Of a DNA stretch of 47,445 nt, positions 1 through 8,290 are shown piece after piece. This DNA comes from a virus. Its lineage: Duplodnaviria; Caudoviricetes. The position numbers were made by a program, and so were the translations under genes. Position 1 is the stretch's first letter. The number at the start of each line of letters is the position of its first letter. The stretch covers positions 1 through 47,445 of IMG/VR virus record IMGVR_UViG_3300037780_000051; one strand, written 5' to 3'. Under the pieces are notes generated by a model that had not been told where the DNA came from, did not search any database, and saw only the letters and a program-made list of their open reading frames with translations.

Positions 1-133
1 CCTACAGCTGCGACATGGAAATGGCGAAGGCCGAGGGTTGGACCAAGAACGCGAAGTACCGGTCGATGCCCGCGCTCATGCTGCGCTACCGCTCTGCCGC
101 CGCCATGATCCGGCTTTACTGCCCGGAAGTGAT
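1..133. repeat. Terminal direct repeat (contig circularisation overlap), copy 1
   Basis: 1-133 matches 47313-47445 except position 7 (G) vs 47319 (C); it falls inside the RecT ORF. Confidence 0.95.
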
Positions 134-596
134 GATCGGCGTTCCGGCACAGATCGAGGTCGAGACCGGCGGGGAAATGCGGGACGTGACCCCGCAGGAG
201 TTCGAGCCCGCGCCGCCGGTCGAGGATGAAAGCCAAGATCCCGAAGACGCGGAAATGGTCGAGGGCGACGAGACCGTCGATGAAGACGGCGTCGTCCACG
301 AAAAACCCGCCGAGAAGGCAAGGGCCAAGGATCCCGAACCCGAGACAAAGGCGGAGCCTGAGAAGGAAAAACCGGCGGCAACGTCCGAGGATGGGCTTGA
401 CCCTGAGAAGGTTGCACGCGCCGAGAAAATGTCGGCGATGATCCTTGCCGACCTTACCGACGCTGGCGACGCCGACCAGATCACCGGGTTCTATCAGCAG
501 GAAATCGACCGGATGAAGGGCGACGCGCCAGACGTTCATGCCAAGCTGATGGACGAGATCGAGGCGTTCAAGTCCGCTTCGAATGGGGGTGCCTGA
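1..596 (+). CDS. recT: RecT-family protein, 3' part with acidic C-terminal tail
   Basis: MAKAEGW...KYRSMPALMLRYRSAA...RLYCPEVMIG is typical of phage RecT-like proteins. Confidence 0.75.
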   Translation, partial: YSCDMEMAKAEGWTKNAKYRSMPALMLRYRSAAAMIRLYCPEVMIGVPAQIEVETGGEMRDVTPQEFEPAPPVEDESQDPEDAEMVEGDETVDEDGVVHEKPAEKARAKDPEPETKAEPEKEKPAATSEDGLDPEKVARAEKMSAMILADLTDAGDADQITGFYQQEIDRMKGDAPDVHAKLMDEIEAFKSASNGGA

Positions 597-832
597 TGCT
601 AGGAGAAACCCCGATCATCTGGGCGTTGCTGGTCGCGCTAAACTGGGACGGCAGCGCGGCCAAAGTTGCCGAGTTCATAGAACGCGACACCTGCATCCAG
701 TTCGGCGCGAGGTCTGAGGTCTTCAAGTTCTACGATGAAAACGTGCACGCCCACGGCAGCGCGCCCTTTGTCTGCACGCCGATCCCGCGCGCGCAGGCGT
801 CGTTTGATCGGCTGCGCGAGGGGGTCGAATGA
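596..832 (+). CDS. Hypothetical protein
   Basis: Stop/start overlaps on both sides in the early operon. Confidence 0.6.
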   Translation: MLGETPIIWALLVALNWDGSAAKVAEFIERDTCIQFGARSEVFKFYDENVHAHGSAPFVCTPIPRAQASFDRLREGVE

Positions 833-1461
833 CCACCCGTCCGATCCTCTTTTCCGGCCCGATGGTCCGCGCCCTGCTCGACGGGCGCAAGACGCAGACG
901 AGGCGGGTGTTGAAACCTACGGCCGAGGCGTTCGAAACCCCAAAGTTCCGCCGAGGTGATGTCTTGTGGGTGCGCGAGGCGTGGTGCGATGTGAACGATC
1001 ACGGTATCGAAAGCGTCGCCTACCGCGCAGATGGCGACGTCTGGGGCGTAGACGAAGCCCGCCACGACACACTTGCCGACAAATACCTCTATGCGACTTG
1101 GGCTGCTGACCTCATCGGCGGCATTGAGGGATCGTGGCGCCCCTCGATCCACATGCCCCGGTGGGCCTCGCGCCTGACCCTGCGCGTCACCGATGTGCGC
1201 GTCCAGCGGGTGCAGGAGATCAGCGAGGGGGACGCGGTTGCAGAGGGGATCGAGCGCGACACCGATGGGTGGGTCGATTACCAAGCGCCGTCCGTTCAGT
1301 GCTGCGTTACCGCTCGCGATAGTTTCATGACCCTGTGGGACAGCCTCAATGCCCCGCGCGGTTACGGCTGGGACGCGAACCCTTGGGTGGCTGCCTTCAC
1401 CTTTGAGGTGATCCGCAAAAATGTCGATCAGATCACCGAGGAAAGGGCCGATGCCGGATGA
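829..1461 (+). CDS. ASCH/PUA-like phage protein
   Basis: RPILFSGPMVRALLDGRKTQTRR, GDVLWVRE, WRPSIHMPRWASR and NPWV motifs. Confidence 0.85.
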   Translation: MTTRPILFSGPMVRALLDGRKTQTRRVLKPTAEAFETPKFRRGDVLWVREAWCDVNDHGIESVAYRADGDVWGVDEARHDTLADKYLYATWAADLIGGIEGSWRPSIHMPRWASRLTLRVTDVRVQRVQEISEGDAVAEGIERDTDGWVDYQAPSVQCCVTARDSFMTLWDSLNAPRGYGWDANPWVAAFTFEVIRKNVDQITEERADAG

Positions 1462-1681
1462 AACCTTGCACGGAAACCACGACCCCTGCCCGGCCTGCGA
1501 GCTGCGGCGCGAGAACATCGACACCCACGCGTTCAATCGGCCCGCCGTCGAATGCAACCGGTGCGGCGGCAAGGGCTACCTGCCCCTGACCGCCGCAGAG
1601 ATCACCAGACGAACCGCCGCCGAGGCCCGGCGAACCTACTGGCCCGAATTCGAACGCAGGATCCGAGAGGCTGCCCAATGA
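1451..1681 (+). CDS. Small Cys-rich (zinc-ribbon-like) protein
   Basis: CPAC...CNRCGGKG; coupled to both neighbours. Confidence 0.6.
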   Translation: MPDETLHGNHDPCPACELRRENIDTHAFNRPAVECNRCGGKGYLPLTAAEITRRTAAEARRTYWPEFERRIREAAQ

Positions 1682-1887
1682 AACACGAACAGATCTTTGC
1701 CCGGGAGACGACAGCCGCCGCGATGCTCGACATGCCGGCATCGGAATTCCGACGCCTGGTTGATCAGGGCGCGTTGCCGCCGCCAGTCACTTTGGCAGGT
1801 CACAAGCGGTGGCGGGTCGAGGATCTGCACAAGATCGCCAGCGGCGAAGCCGCACGGCCCCACGACGATTTCGAGGTGAAGGTATGA
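1678..1887 (+). CDS. Excisionase/AlpA-like HTH protein
   Basis: ARETTAAAMLDMPASEFRRLVDQGALPPPV...RWRVEDL; ATGA overlap. Confidence 0.75.
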   Translation: MKHEQIFARETTAAAMLDMPASEFRRLVDQGALPPPVTLAGHKRWRVEDLHKIASGEAARPHDDFEVKV

Positions 1888-1925
1888 GCGACGGAACCAA
1901 GATCGAATGGACGGACGCGACGTGA
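1884..1925 (+). pseudogene. 13-codon stump of a DUF5131 (Gp37/Gp68) gene, MSDGTKIEWTDAT*
   Basis: Canonical DUF5131 N-terminus ending just before the WNP motif; paralogous to the start of 2547-3629. Confidence 0.8.
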
Positions 1926-2554
1926 CTGATAACTGGACTCTATTCGGTGGACCGCTCCCGAAACGCTGCAGTGCGTGTCGCGAGGTGAAGGCTATTGAAG
2001 CATTCAAGATTGACCGATCGCGCCCAGACGGCCACGGCTATGTATGCATCTCATGTGAACGCACGACACCGATAGAGCTACCGAACGCGCGCGACCGCAG
2101 GGAGGCGCGCGCTCGCGGAGAGGCGTGGTGTAGCCAGTGTTTGACTTGGCTCCCGAGCGCGGAGGTCACAAAGCAGGGCGTCTGTCGCGAACACCAGCGG
2201 CAATCTGATCGCGAACGGTATGCCACGGACCAGAAGTATCGGGAAAGCCGCCGCGCCCACTCCACCCGTCGCAAGCGCGGCGTGGAACCGGTCCCTGAAT
2301 ACGCCAGAGAACTGATGTTGGAGCTCTTCGACGGTGGATGCGCCTACTGCGACGAGCCAGCGGAAACATGGGACCACGTTATTCCAGTCTCGAAAGGCGG
2401 CAAGACTGAGCCCGCCAACATTCTACCTGCATGTGTCCGATGCAACAGCTCAAAGCGCGATAGGGATCTCGATGAGTGGCTCGATGCTACCGACAGAACA
2501 ATGAACGTGCGCGCTATCGAACACCTCTCACATCATGGAGCATTTGATGGCTGA
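1922..2554 (+). CDS. HNH endonuclease with N-terminal Cys-rich zinc modules
   Basis: CAYC...WDHVIPVSKGG...NILPACVRCNSSK; GTG start overlaps the stump's TGA. Confidence 0.9.
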   Translation: MTDNWTLFGGPLPKRCSACREVKAIEAFKIDRSRPDGHGYVCISCERTTPIELPNARDRREARARGEAWCSQCLTWLPSAEVTKQGVCREHQRQSDRERYATDQKYRESRRAHSTRRKRGVEPVPEYARELMLELFDGGCAYCDEPAETWDHVIPVSKGGKTEPANILPACVRCNSSKRDRDLDEWLDATDRTMNVRAIEHLSHHGAFDG

Positions 2555-3629
2555 TCAAACAAAGATTGAGTGGACTCGCAGTGAAGATGGAACCCCGGGC
2601 GCAACATGGAACCCGATCACGGGCTGCACGGTCGTCTCGCCCGGCTGCACCAACTGCTACGCGATGGGGCTGGCCGGAACGCGCCTCAAGAACCACGAAA
2701 GCCGCGTAGGGCTGACGGACATGAGCCGCGCCGGGCCGGTCTGGAACGGCGAGGTCCGGTTCAACGAGCAATGGCTCGATCAGCCGCTCCGCTGGCGCAA
2801 GCCGCGCAACATCTTCGTCTGCGCGCATGGCGACCTGTTTCACCCATCGGTGCCCGACGCGTGGATTGACCGGGTGTTCGCCGTCATGGCGTTGGCCCCG
2901 CACCATCGGTTTCAGGTGCTGACGAAGCGCGCGGACCGGATGCGGGAGTATCTGAGTCAGGGCCTTGGCCCAATTTTTCGAGTTATGCGAGCCTGTAAGA
3001 AACTCGGTCATGACCCGGATCGAATTGAAATACCCCTCCCGAACGTCTGGCTCGGCGTCTCGGTCGAGGACCAGACCCGCGCCGACGAGCGCATTCCCGA
3101 CCTTCTCGCCACCCCGGCTGCCGTCCGCTGGATCAGCGCCGAGCCGCTGCTTGGGCCGGTGGATCTGACGCCGCACCTGTGGGGGCGAGCCGAGCCTTGT
3201 GAGGGTTGCCCGCGAGACGCCGACTGCGACTGTGGACTTTACCGTCGTCACATGCTTGGTGAAGAACCTGACATTGCGTGGGTCGTGGTCGGCGGCGAAA
3301 GCGGCCGGAACGCCCGGCCCATGCACCCGGATTGGGCGCGGTCCCTGCGCGACCAGTGTCAAGCGGCGGGCGTGGCGTATTTCTTCAAGCAGTGGGGGGC
3401 GTGGATGCCGTGGCAACCGGCGTCAGCCCCTACGTGGAACGCGCAGAATGGAACCTGCGAGGATGGAAACGTCCTGTTTCCTGCGAACATGGACGACGCG
3501 CCAGATTGGGATGATGGGTTGAGCCATTACGAACCTGGCTTCACCGACCATTGCGCTTTTCAGAAAGTCGGCAAGGCCCGCGCCGGGCGCCTACTTGATG
3601 GCCGGGAATGGAACGAGGTGCCGGAATGA
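2547..3629 (+). CDS. Phage Gp37/Gp68 family protein (DUF5131, three-Cys motif)
   Basis: KIEWT...WNPITGCTVVSPGCTNCYA, DLFH, LTKR, WLGVSVEDQ, SAEPLLG, VVGGESG, FFKQWG; GGAG RBS at 2537. Confidence 0.92.
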   Translation: MADQTKIEWTRSEDGTPGATWNPITGCTVVSPGCTNCYAMGLAGTRLKNHESRVGLTDMSRAGPVWNGEVRFNEQWLDQPLRWRKPRNIFVCAHGDLFHPSVPDAWIDRVFAVMALAPHHRFQVLTKRADRMREYLSQGLGPIFRVMRACKKLGHDPDRIEIPLPNVWLGVSVEDQTRADERIPDLLATPAAVRWISAEPLLGPVDLTPHLWGRAEPCEGCPRDADCDCGLYRRHMLGEEPDIAWVVVGGESGRNARPMHPDWARSLRDQCQAAGVAYFFKQWGAWMPWQPASAPTWNAQNGTCEDGNVLFPANMDDAPDWDDGLSHYEPGFTDHCAFQKVGKARAGRLLDGREWNEVPE

Positions 3630-4318
3630 AAAAATACCGAGAGCAACAGCGCGACGACCTCGCCCGTTTTCGTCGCGACACACGAGATCACCGGATGACA
3701 GTGCTGCACGACGACGGTGACGTGTTCCGTCATATCAAGGTCGCGAAACCCAGCACCTCGAACATGCACTTCAACATCACCACGATGCCCGGATACCTAG
3801 TGTTCACCGGTGACATGGGCGCGTTCACCTTCTCGCGGGTCCGCGACATGCTGGCGTGGCACCAAATCGACTGGACAGGTGACGTTCCGTCCATCGACTA
3901 CGGCTACTGGGCCGAGAAGTGCGAGGCGGTCTACAAGCACGGCGGCACCACGGACTTTGACGAGCGTGCGTGGCGGTCGGCGGCGGTGCGGGAGTTTCGC
4001 GAGCACGAGTTTCCAGAAGGCACACGGATGGAGCACTGGCGCGAGTTCCGCAATGACGTTCTCGACTACTGCCCTGACGATCAGCGCAGCGCCCTAGAGG
4101 CGGTCATGGGCTGGGCGTATCGGGACGATCATCACCCGGACTATGTGGTTCACCCGTTCAACACTTTCTACGAGTTCGGCCCGTTCAAAGAGCCGTCCTT
4201 CCGGTTCCGGTGGGCGTGTTGGGCCATCGCCTCGACCGCACGGGACTACTTCGCCGGGGGCGATCGCTTTACCCGTCAGGCAGAACATGACCGTGAAGTC
4301 TTGAGAGGTGCCGAATGA
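3626..4318 (+). CDS. Conserved phage hypothetical protein
   Basis: Long ORF with ATGA coupling; PGYLVFTGDMG...YWAEK. Confidence 0.8.
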   Translation: MKKYREQQRDDLARFRRDTRDHRMTVLHDDGDVFRHIKVAKPSTSNMHFNITTMPGYLVFTGDMGAFTFSRVRDMLAWHQIDWTGDVPSIDYGYWAEKCEAVYKHGGTTDFDERAWRSAAVREFREHEFPEGTRMEHWREFRNDVLDYCPDDQRSALEAVMGWAYRDDHHPDYVVHPFNTFYEFGPFKEPSFRFRWACWAIASTARDYFAGGDRFTRQAEHDREVLRGAE

Positions 4319-4584
4319 TCTGGTTCGTCGAAATCCGATCCCCGCTCGGCAAGTGGGTGCCTCACCTGTTCCACGGCGACCGCCCGGAGCGTGACACCGT
4401 CGACGGAAAGCGCACGTTCCGCCATGACCCGGTTGCCGTTATCGATCGGCTGGCCCGGTACCCGGTCGAGGCGTTTGCTCAGGTCGTTTCGCCCAGCGGC
4501 ACGCTGCACGGCGACGTGACGCAGGACCAGTTCGCCGATTTCCTCGAGCACCCGACTAAGCATCTAATGGTGATACGCGCATGA
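4315..4584 (+). CDS. Hypothetical protein
   Basis: ATGA overlaps at both ends. Confidence 0.65.
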   Translation: MIWFVEIRSPLGKWVPHLFHGDRPERDTVDGKRTFRHDPVAVIDRLARYPVEAFAQVVSPSGTLHGDVTQDQFADFLEHPTKHLMVIRA

Positions 4585-4700
4585 GGTACGTGGACGAAAG
4601 AGGACGCGGGCCCGTTGGCCTGCACCTGGTTTGGGCGCTGGTTGGTATCGCGATGTGGGCGGGGATCATCTGGGGCGTGTTGAAGGCGGTGGCGGGATGA
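4581..4700 (+). CDS. Small membrane protein (39 aa)
   Basis: MRYVDERGRGPVGLHLVWALVGIAMWAGIIWGVLKAVAG*; ATGA coupling on both sides; below the ORF-track cutoff. Confidence 0.6.
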   Translation: MRYVDERGRGPVGLHLVWALVGIAMWAGIIWGVLKAVAG

Positions 4701-5101
4701 ACTGGGACATGCACGGAACAATACCGCCAGAGACGCAGGAGGGGGTCTTGCCCCGAAACCCGCGCGCAATACTCGCCGAGATCCCCGACGAGCGGATCGA
4801 CGCCGCGCTCGGCGATGTATCTTGGGAGGTGCTGCGCGACCGGATCCGGCACATGGATTTCTGCGCGCCCGGCGGTGTCAGCCTCGACGCCACGGTTATG
4901 GCTGCGTTGATCGCGCGTCTGGTTGAAGTCCAGCCGCCCCGCCCCCGGATCCCCGGCGGCCGCATGACGGTCCAGAAGGCCCGCAAGAAATGGGATGCCC
5001 TGCGCATCGCTGCCACCGAAGGCGATCCCGCCGCGATGTTGGACGCAGCACAAGATTTTCAGCCGATCGCCGAGTTGGCCTTCGGAACATGGGAAACGTG
5101 A
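4697..5101 (+). CDS. Hypothetical protein
   Basis: ATG at 4697 overlaps the upstream TGA. Confidence 0.6.
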   Translation: MNWDMHGTIPPETQEGVLPRNPRAILAEIPDERIDAALGDVSWEVLRDRIRHMDFCAPGGVSLDATVMAALIARLVEVQPPRPRIPGGRMTVQKARKKWDALRIAATEGDPAAMLDAAQDFQPIAELAFGTWET

Positions 5102-5165
5102 GAACGGCACACCTTTAACCACAACCGGGTCAATCGAGGAATTGACCCAGAAACGGGGCACAGAC

Positions 5166-5420
5166 ATGAACGATCTGACGCTCATATCAACTGAAGAACT
5201 GGCCCGGCAGGTCGGTTATGAAGGCCCGACGAACGCGTTTCGGTCGTGGTGCGCTGCCATGCGTATCAAACCGGTGCCGGGTCGGCGCGGGTTCTATGAC
5301 CCTAAGCTCGTGCGGCGTCGCCTCGATGAAGCTCAGGGCCTTGCCAGCACGCCAACCGATCGCACATCATCAACCGATGATCTGATCGGACAGCGGAGGG
5401 CGCGGCGTGGCGAGGGTTAA
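5166..5420 (+). CDS. Putative excisionase / recombination directionality factor
   Basis: Small basic HTH-like ORF (ISTEELARQVGY...FYDPKLVRRRLD) overlapping the integrase start. Confidence 0.65.
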   Translation: MNDLTLISTEELARQVGYEGPTNAFRSWCAAMRIKPVPGRRGFYDPKLVRRRLDEAQGLASTPTDRTSSTDDLIGQRRARRGEG

Positions 5421-6450
5421 CCTGACCGGCATTCATCGGGTGCGCCGAAAGCTGGCGAGCGGAAAATACCGTCGCCACCACTACGCTTGGCGCGGCGGCC
5501 CGAAGTTCTGGGATAGCGCCAGCCATATTCGGGAGAATTCGCCCGAGTACCTCGCGGCGTTGGCCGAGGTCGCGCAGACACCGAAGGGCACCGATTACAT
5601 GACGCCGCATCTGGTCGACGATTTTCTGTCAAGCGCGGACTTTCGCACGAAAAAACCGAGGACTCAGAGCGACTACCGCCGCTGGGCTCTGCGGTTCGCC
5701 AAAGAATTCACCGAAGACCCTGCCCGCATTTTCGAAGATCCGCGATCGCGCGGTGAGGTGAACGCCTGGCGCGACGGATGGGCGCACTCACCAAAGCAAT
5801 ATGACTACGCTGGAACTGTCGTCACGGTGATCCTGAACTGGGCACGCGACGCGGGGAAGATCCGCGAGCATCATTGCGACCGGCTACGCAAGGTCTACCA
5901 CAGCGATCGAGCCGATATTCTATGGACGCCCGCTGACATCGAGGCTTTCAACCGCATCGCGCCCCTGTGGGTTCGCCGCATCTTGGCAGCGGCCGTCGAA
6001 ACAGGACTTCGGCCCGGTGACTTGATTGGGCTGAACCGAAGCCAGATCGAGACCACGAAGGCCGGGCGTCGCCTTACCGTACGGACGAACAAAAGGGGCC
6101 GGATCGCCGCGATCCCGGTTACGCCAGGCCTCGCCGCGCTGATCGACGGAACGCCGCGCGATCGCCTTCTGATTTTGGTCAACTCCAAGGGCCGACCTTT
6201 GACTGAGGAACGTGCATCGAAATCAGTGATGGAATGGCGGCGAAAGGCACACCTATCCGATGATCTACGGCTCTACGATGCGCGCGGGACCGCCGCGACG
6301 CGCCTTTTGCGCGCGGGTCTTACATTGAGCCAGATTGCCTCGCACATGGGCTGGTCTTTGGATCATGCGTCGAAGGTGATCGAGAAGTACGCGGCGGTAT
6401 CGCCGGACGAGTCGGATGCCGTGCTAGAGATGCTGACACGGGCCAAATGA
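5407..6450 (+). CDS. int: Tyrosine integrase
   Basis: ETGLRPGDL (R), TNK (K), LYDARGT (H-x-x-R box with Y), MGWS (W), EKY (catalytic Y). Confidence 0.93.
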   Translation: MARVNLTGIHRVRRKLASGKYRRHHYAWRGGPKFWDSASHIRENSPEYLAALAEVAQTPKGTDYMTPHLVDDFLSSADFRTKKPRTQSDYRRWALRFAKEFTEDPARIFEDPRSRGEVNAWRDGWAHSPKQYDYAGTVVTVILNWARDAGKIREHHCDRLRKVYHSDRADILWTPADIEAFNRIAPLWVRRILAAAVETGLRPGDLIGLNRSQIETTKAGRRLTVRTNKRGRIAAIPVTPGLAALIDGTPRDRLLILVNSKGRPLTEERASKSVMEWRRKAHLSDDLRLYDARGTAATRLLRAGLTLSQIASHMGWSLDHASKVIEKYAAVSPDESDAVLEMLTRAK

Positions 6451-6460
6451 GGAACACAGG

Positions 6461-6679
6461 TGTAAACGGCGGTGTAAACCGTCCCAAAGGACCGAAAAGG
6501 GAACACCAGCTAAGTCATTGAAAGGATGGTGGTGGGCGACCCTGGAATCGAACCAGGCATGGGTCTCCCCGGCGGAGTTACAGTCCGCAGATTTCACCTG
6601 TTTCAATTGGCTTTTTGTGTAAACGGACCCGGTTTGTTCACCACGAACAATCAATGGGTTACCGGGAAGATGTAAACGG
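6461..6679 (+). repeat. Integrase arm-type sites (TGTAAAC[G/C]G x4) and IHF-like sites of attP
   Basis: Copies at 6461, 6473, 6618 and 6671; AATCAATGGGTTA at 6649-6661 fits WATCAANNNNTTR; TTTCAATGACTTA on the minus strand at 6511-6523. Confidence 0.75.
6530..6588 (-). mobile_element. attP core: 3' 59 nt of tRNA-Tyr(GTA), not a complete tRNA
   Basis: Minus strand reads GCGGA CTGTAAC TCCGC (anticodon arm), long variable arm, GGTTCGATTCC, GTCGCCCACCA; D-arm and 5' acceptor strand absent; directly downstream of int. Confidence 0.9.
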
Positions 6680-6694
6680 AAAAAGGGTCAAGAA

Positions 6695-7210
6695 ATGGCT
6701 TCTCTGAATCAGCTCTACCGGCATTTCGACAAGGACGGTGACCTACTCTATGTCGGCATTTCCTTGAGTGCGGTCGACCGGTCGAAACAGCACAGGAACG
6801 GATCGGACTGGTGGCCGGAAGTGGCATCGATCACCGTCGAGAACTTCGCCTCTCGGTCCGCTGCCGAACGCGCCGAGCGCAAGGCGATAGCCAACGAACG
6901 GCCGATCCACAACACGATGCACGCCAATCAATTCCCTGCACCGGTGCCGGATTGGGCTGACCGTTCAACGGTCGACGGGAAAGGTCGAGTTACACTGGCG
7001 GCGCGCTTTCGCGATACGATGGGACAGACCTTCGAGGTCGCCTTCGCCGAAGCGGGTCATTTCTTGATCAAGCCGCGAAAGAACCTTTCGCTCGGCATAG
7101 ACAGTGCCCTTTTCACTCAGATCCAGAAACGAAGCGAGGAAGCCCATCGCTGGTACGCCGAATGGTTCCCGGTGCCAGAACCATCAACCCAAGACTTCGA
7201 GATCCGGTGA
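6695..7210 (+). CDS. GIY-YIG nuclease-domain protein with a possible AbrB/MraZ-like C-terminal segment
   Basis: LYRHFD...LLYVGIS...R..QH...AE..AI..ERPIHN; then STVDGKGRVTL. Confidence 0.8.
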   Translation: MASLNQLYRHFDKDGDLLYVGISLSAVDRSKQHRNGSDWWPEVASITVENFASRSAAERAERKAIANERPIHNTMHANQFPAPVPDWADRSTVDGKGRVTLAARFRDTMGQTFEVAFAEAGHFLIKPRKNLSLGIDSALFTQIQKRSEEAHRWYAEWFPVPEPSTQDFEIR

Positions 7211-7241
7211 AAGTGGGACCGGGCAACTTCAGGAGAACATC

Positions 7242-7697
7242 ATGACCCTGCCCTACGCATCTTCGACCGCTGGCCAGGCGCGCGAGAAAGAGATCCGCGA
7301 CACCCTGCGCAGCGTTGGCGCGTCTGCGGTTGGCTTCATGGTCGACGACGACGCGGACCAAATCATCGCGCAGTTCCGGCTGCACGGTCGTGAGATCACA
7401 ATTCCGGTGAAGGTCGGTGCATACGAGGCCGCTTGGCTGCGAGAGAACCCTCACACGACGCGGATGCGCTCGTCTGCCAAGCAGCACCGAGAGAAGGCCC
7501 GGCAGCAGGCCGAGCGCGCCGCGTGGGCGATCCTCGCCGACTGGATCAAAGCCCAAGCCGCGATGATGGCAGCGGGCTTCCTCGATACAGACGCTGCGTT
7601 CCTGCCGCACATCCATTTGCCGGACGGTCGGCGGGTGGGTGAAGCGATCACCACTGCGGACGGGCCGTTGCAGTTGCCCCCGCCGAAAACCAGCTGA
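7242..7697 (+). CDS. Conserved phage hypothetical protein
   Basis: AGGAG RBS; QAERAAWAILADWIKAQ...AFLPHI. Confidence 0.8.
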   Translation: MTLPYASSTAGQAREKEIRDTLRSVGASAVGFMVDDDADQIIAQFRLHGREITIPVKVGAYEAAWLRENPHTTRMRSSAKQHREKARQQAERAAWAILADWIKAQAAMMAAGFLDTDAAFLPHIHLPDGRRVGEAITTADGPLQLPPPKTS

Positions 7698-7709
7698 CCG
7701 GAGGAACTC

Positions 7710-7751
7710 ATGTCCATACCAGAAAAAGCCCTTTCCGTTCGCCAGCCGTGA
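7710..7751 (+). pseudogene. 13-codon stump of an ASCH-domain gene, MSIPEKALSVRQP*
   Basis: GGAGGA RBS; KALSVRQP(W) is the canonical ASCH start; no in-frame continuation. Confidence 0.6.
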
Positions 7752-7885
7752 ACGTAAGCTGCCCGAAGGCGAGAGGGTCCGACAACCCCGCCGCTGCGTC
7801 TCACCCCACGCCGCCCATGGCCCCGCAAAGACCGGGATACTAAGCGGCTCCGGTAGCGTCCAATCGAGCAGGAAATACAACGAGC

Positions 7886-8290
7886 CTATGGCGACGGCGA
7901 TATAGGGTAGGCATACCAAAGGGTATAAGAGACGACGAAGAATGCGGACACGAGCAACAAACCGACAATCAATTTGAAAACGGCGAGCGTGAGATTTCCG
8001 AATTCTCGTTCGTGGCCGTCCAAAGATTTCCGGTCAATATCTAGGACCTCATCGAAAAGGTAGCGCCACGCCAATACACAAAGGAGCAATCCCAGAAGCG
8101 ACAGTGGTATGCCGGCGAAACTCCACCATACAGGAAAATGTTCGACGACTGGGCGCGCTCCCGCAAACAGTAATAGCGTGCCAAGACCTATCAAGGCCGA
8201 AACCCTCAATATCACTTCTACGAACTTTCGAGAGCTTTCCGCCTTATCGTATTCCATAACTGTCGTCCCAACGCTCTTTGCCCACTCCAC
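7886..8290 (-). CDS. Lower-GC integral membrane protein (moron), possibly frameshifted near its 3' end
   Basis: Three hydrophobic segments; AT-richer than the flanks; downstream of the late terminator. Confidence 0.65.
   Translation of the reverse strand: MEWAKSVGTTVMEYDKAESSRKFVEVILRVSALIGLGTLLLFAGARPVVEHFPVWWSFAGIPLSLLGLLLCVLAWRYLFDEVLDIDRKSLDGHEREFGNLTLAVFKLIVGLLLVSAFFVVSYTLWYAYPISPSP

Noticed and set aside
1923-2606. Self-splicing intron or intein carrying the HNH
   Set aside because: No room for a ribozyme core, no terminal G at the required junction, and the downstream gene has its own RBS and complete N-terminus
6530-6588. Functional phage tRNA-Tyr gene
   Set aside because: Similarity stops at the anticodon stem; there is no D-arm or 5' acceptor strand, so it is an attP core
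1923-7751. TGA recoded as Trp (suggested by two stumps ending at Trp positions)
   Set aside because: Reading through either TGA gives no family sequence, and TGA is the ordinary stop across the genome
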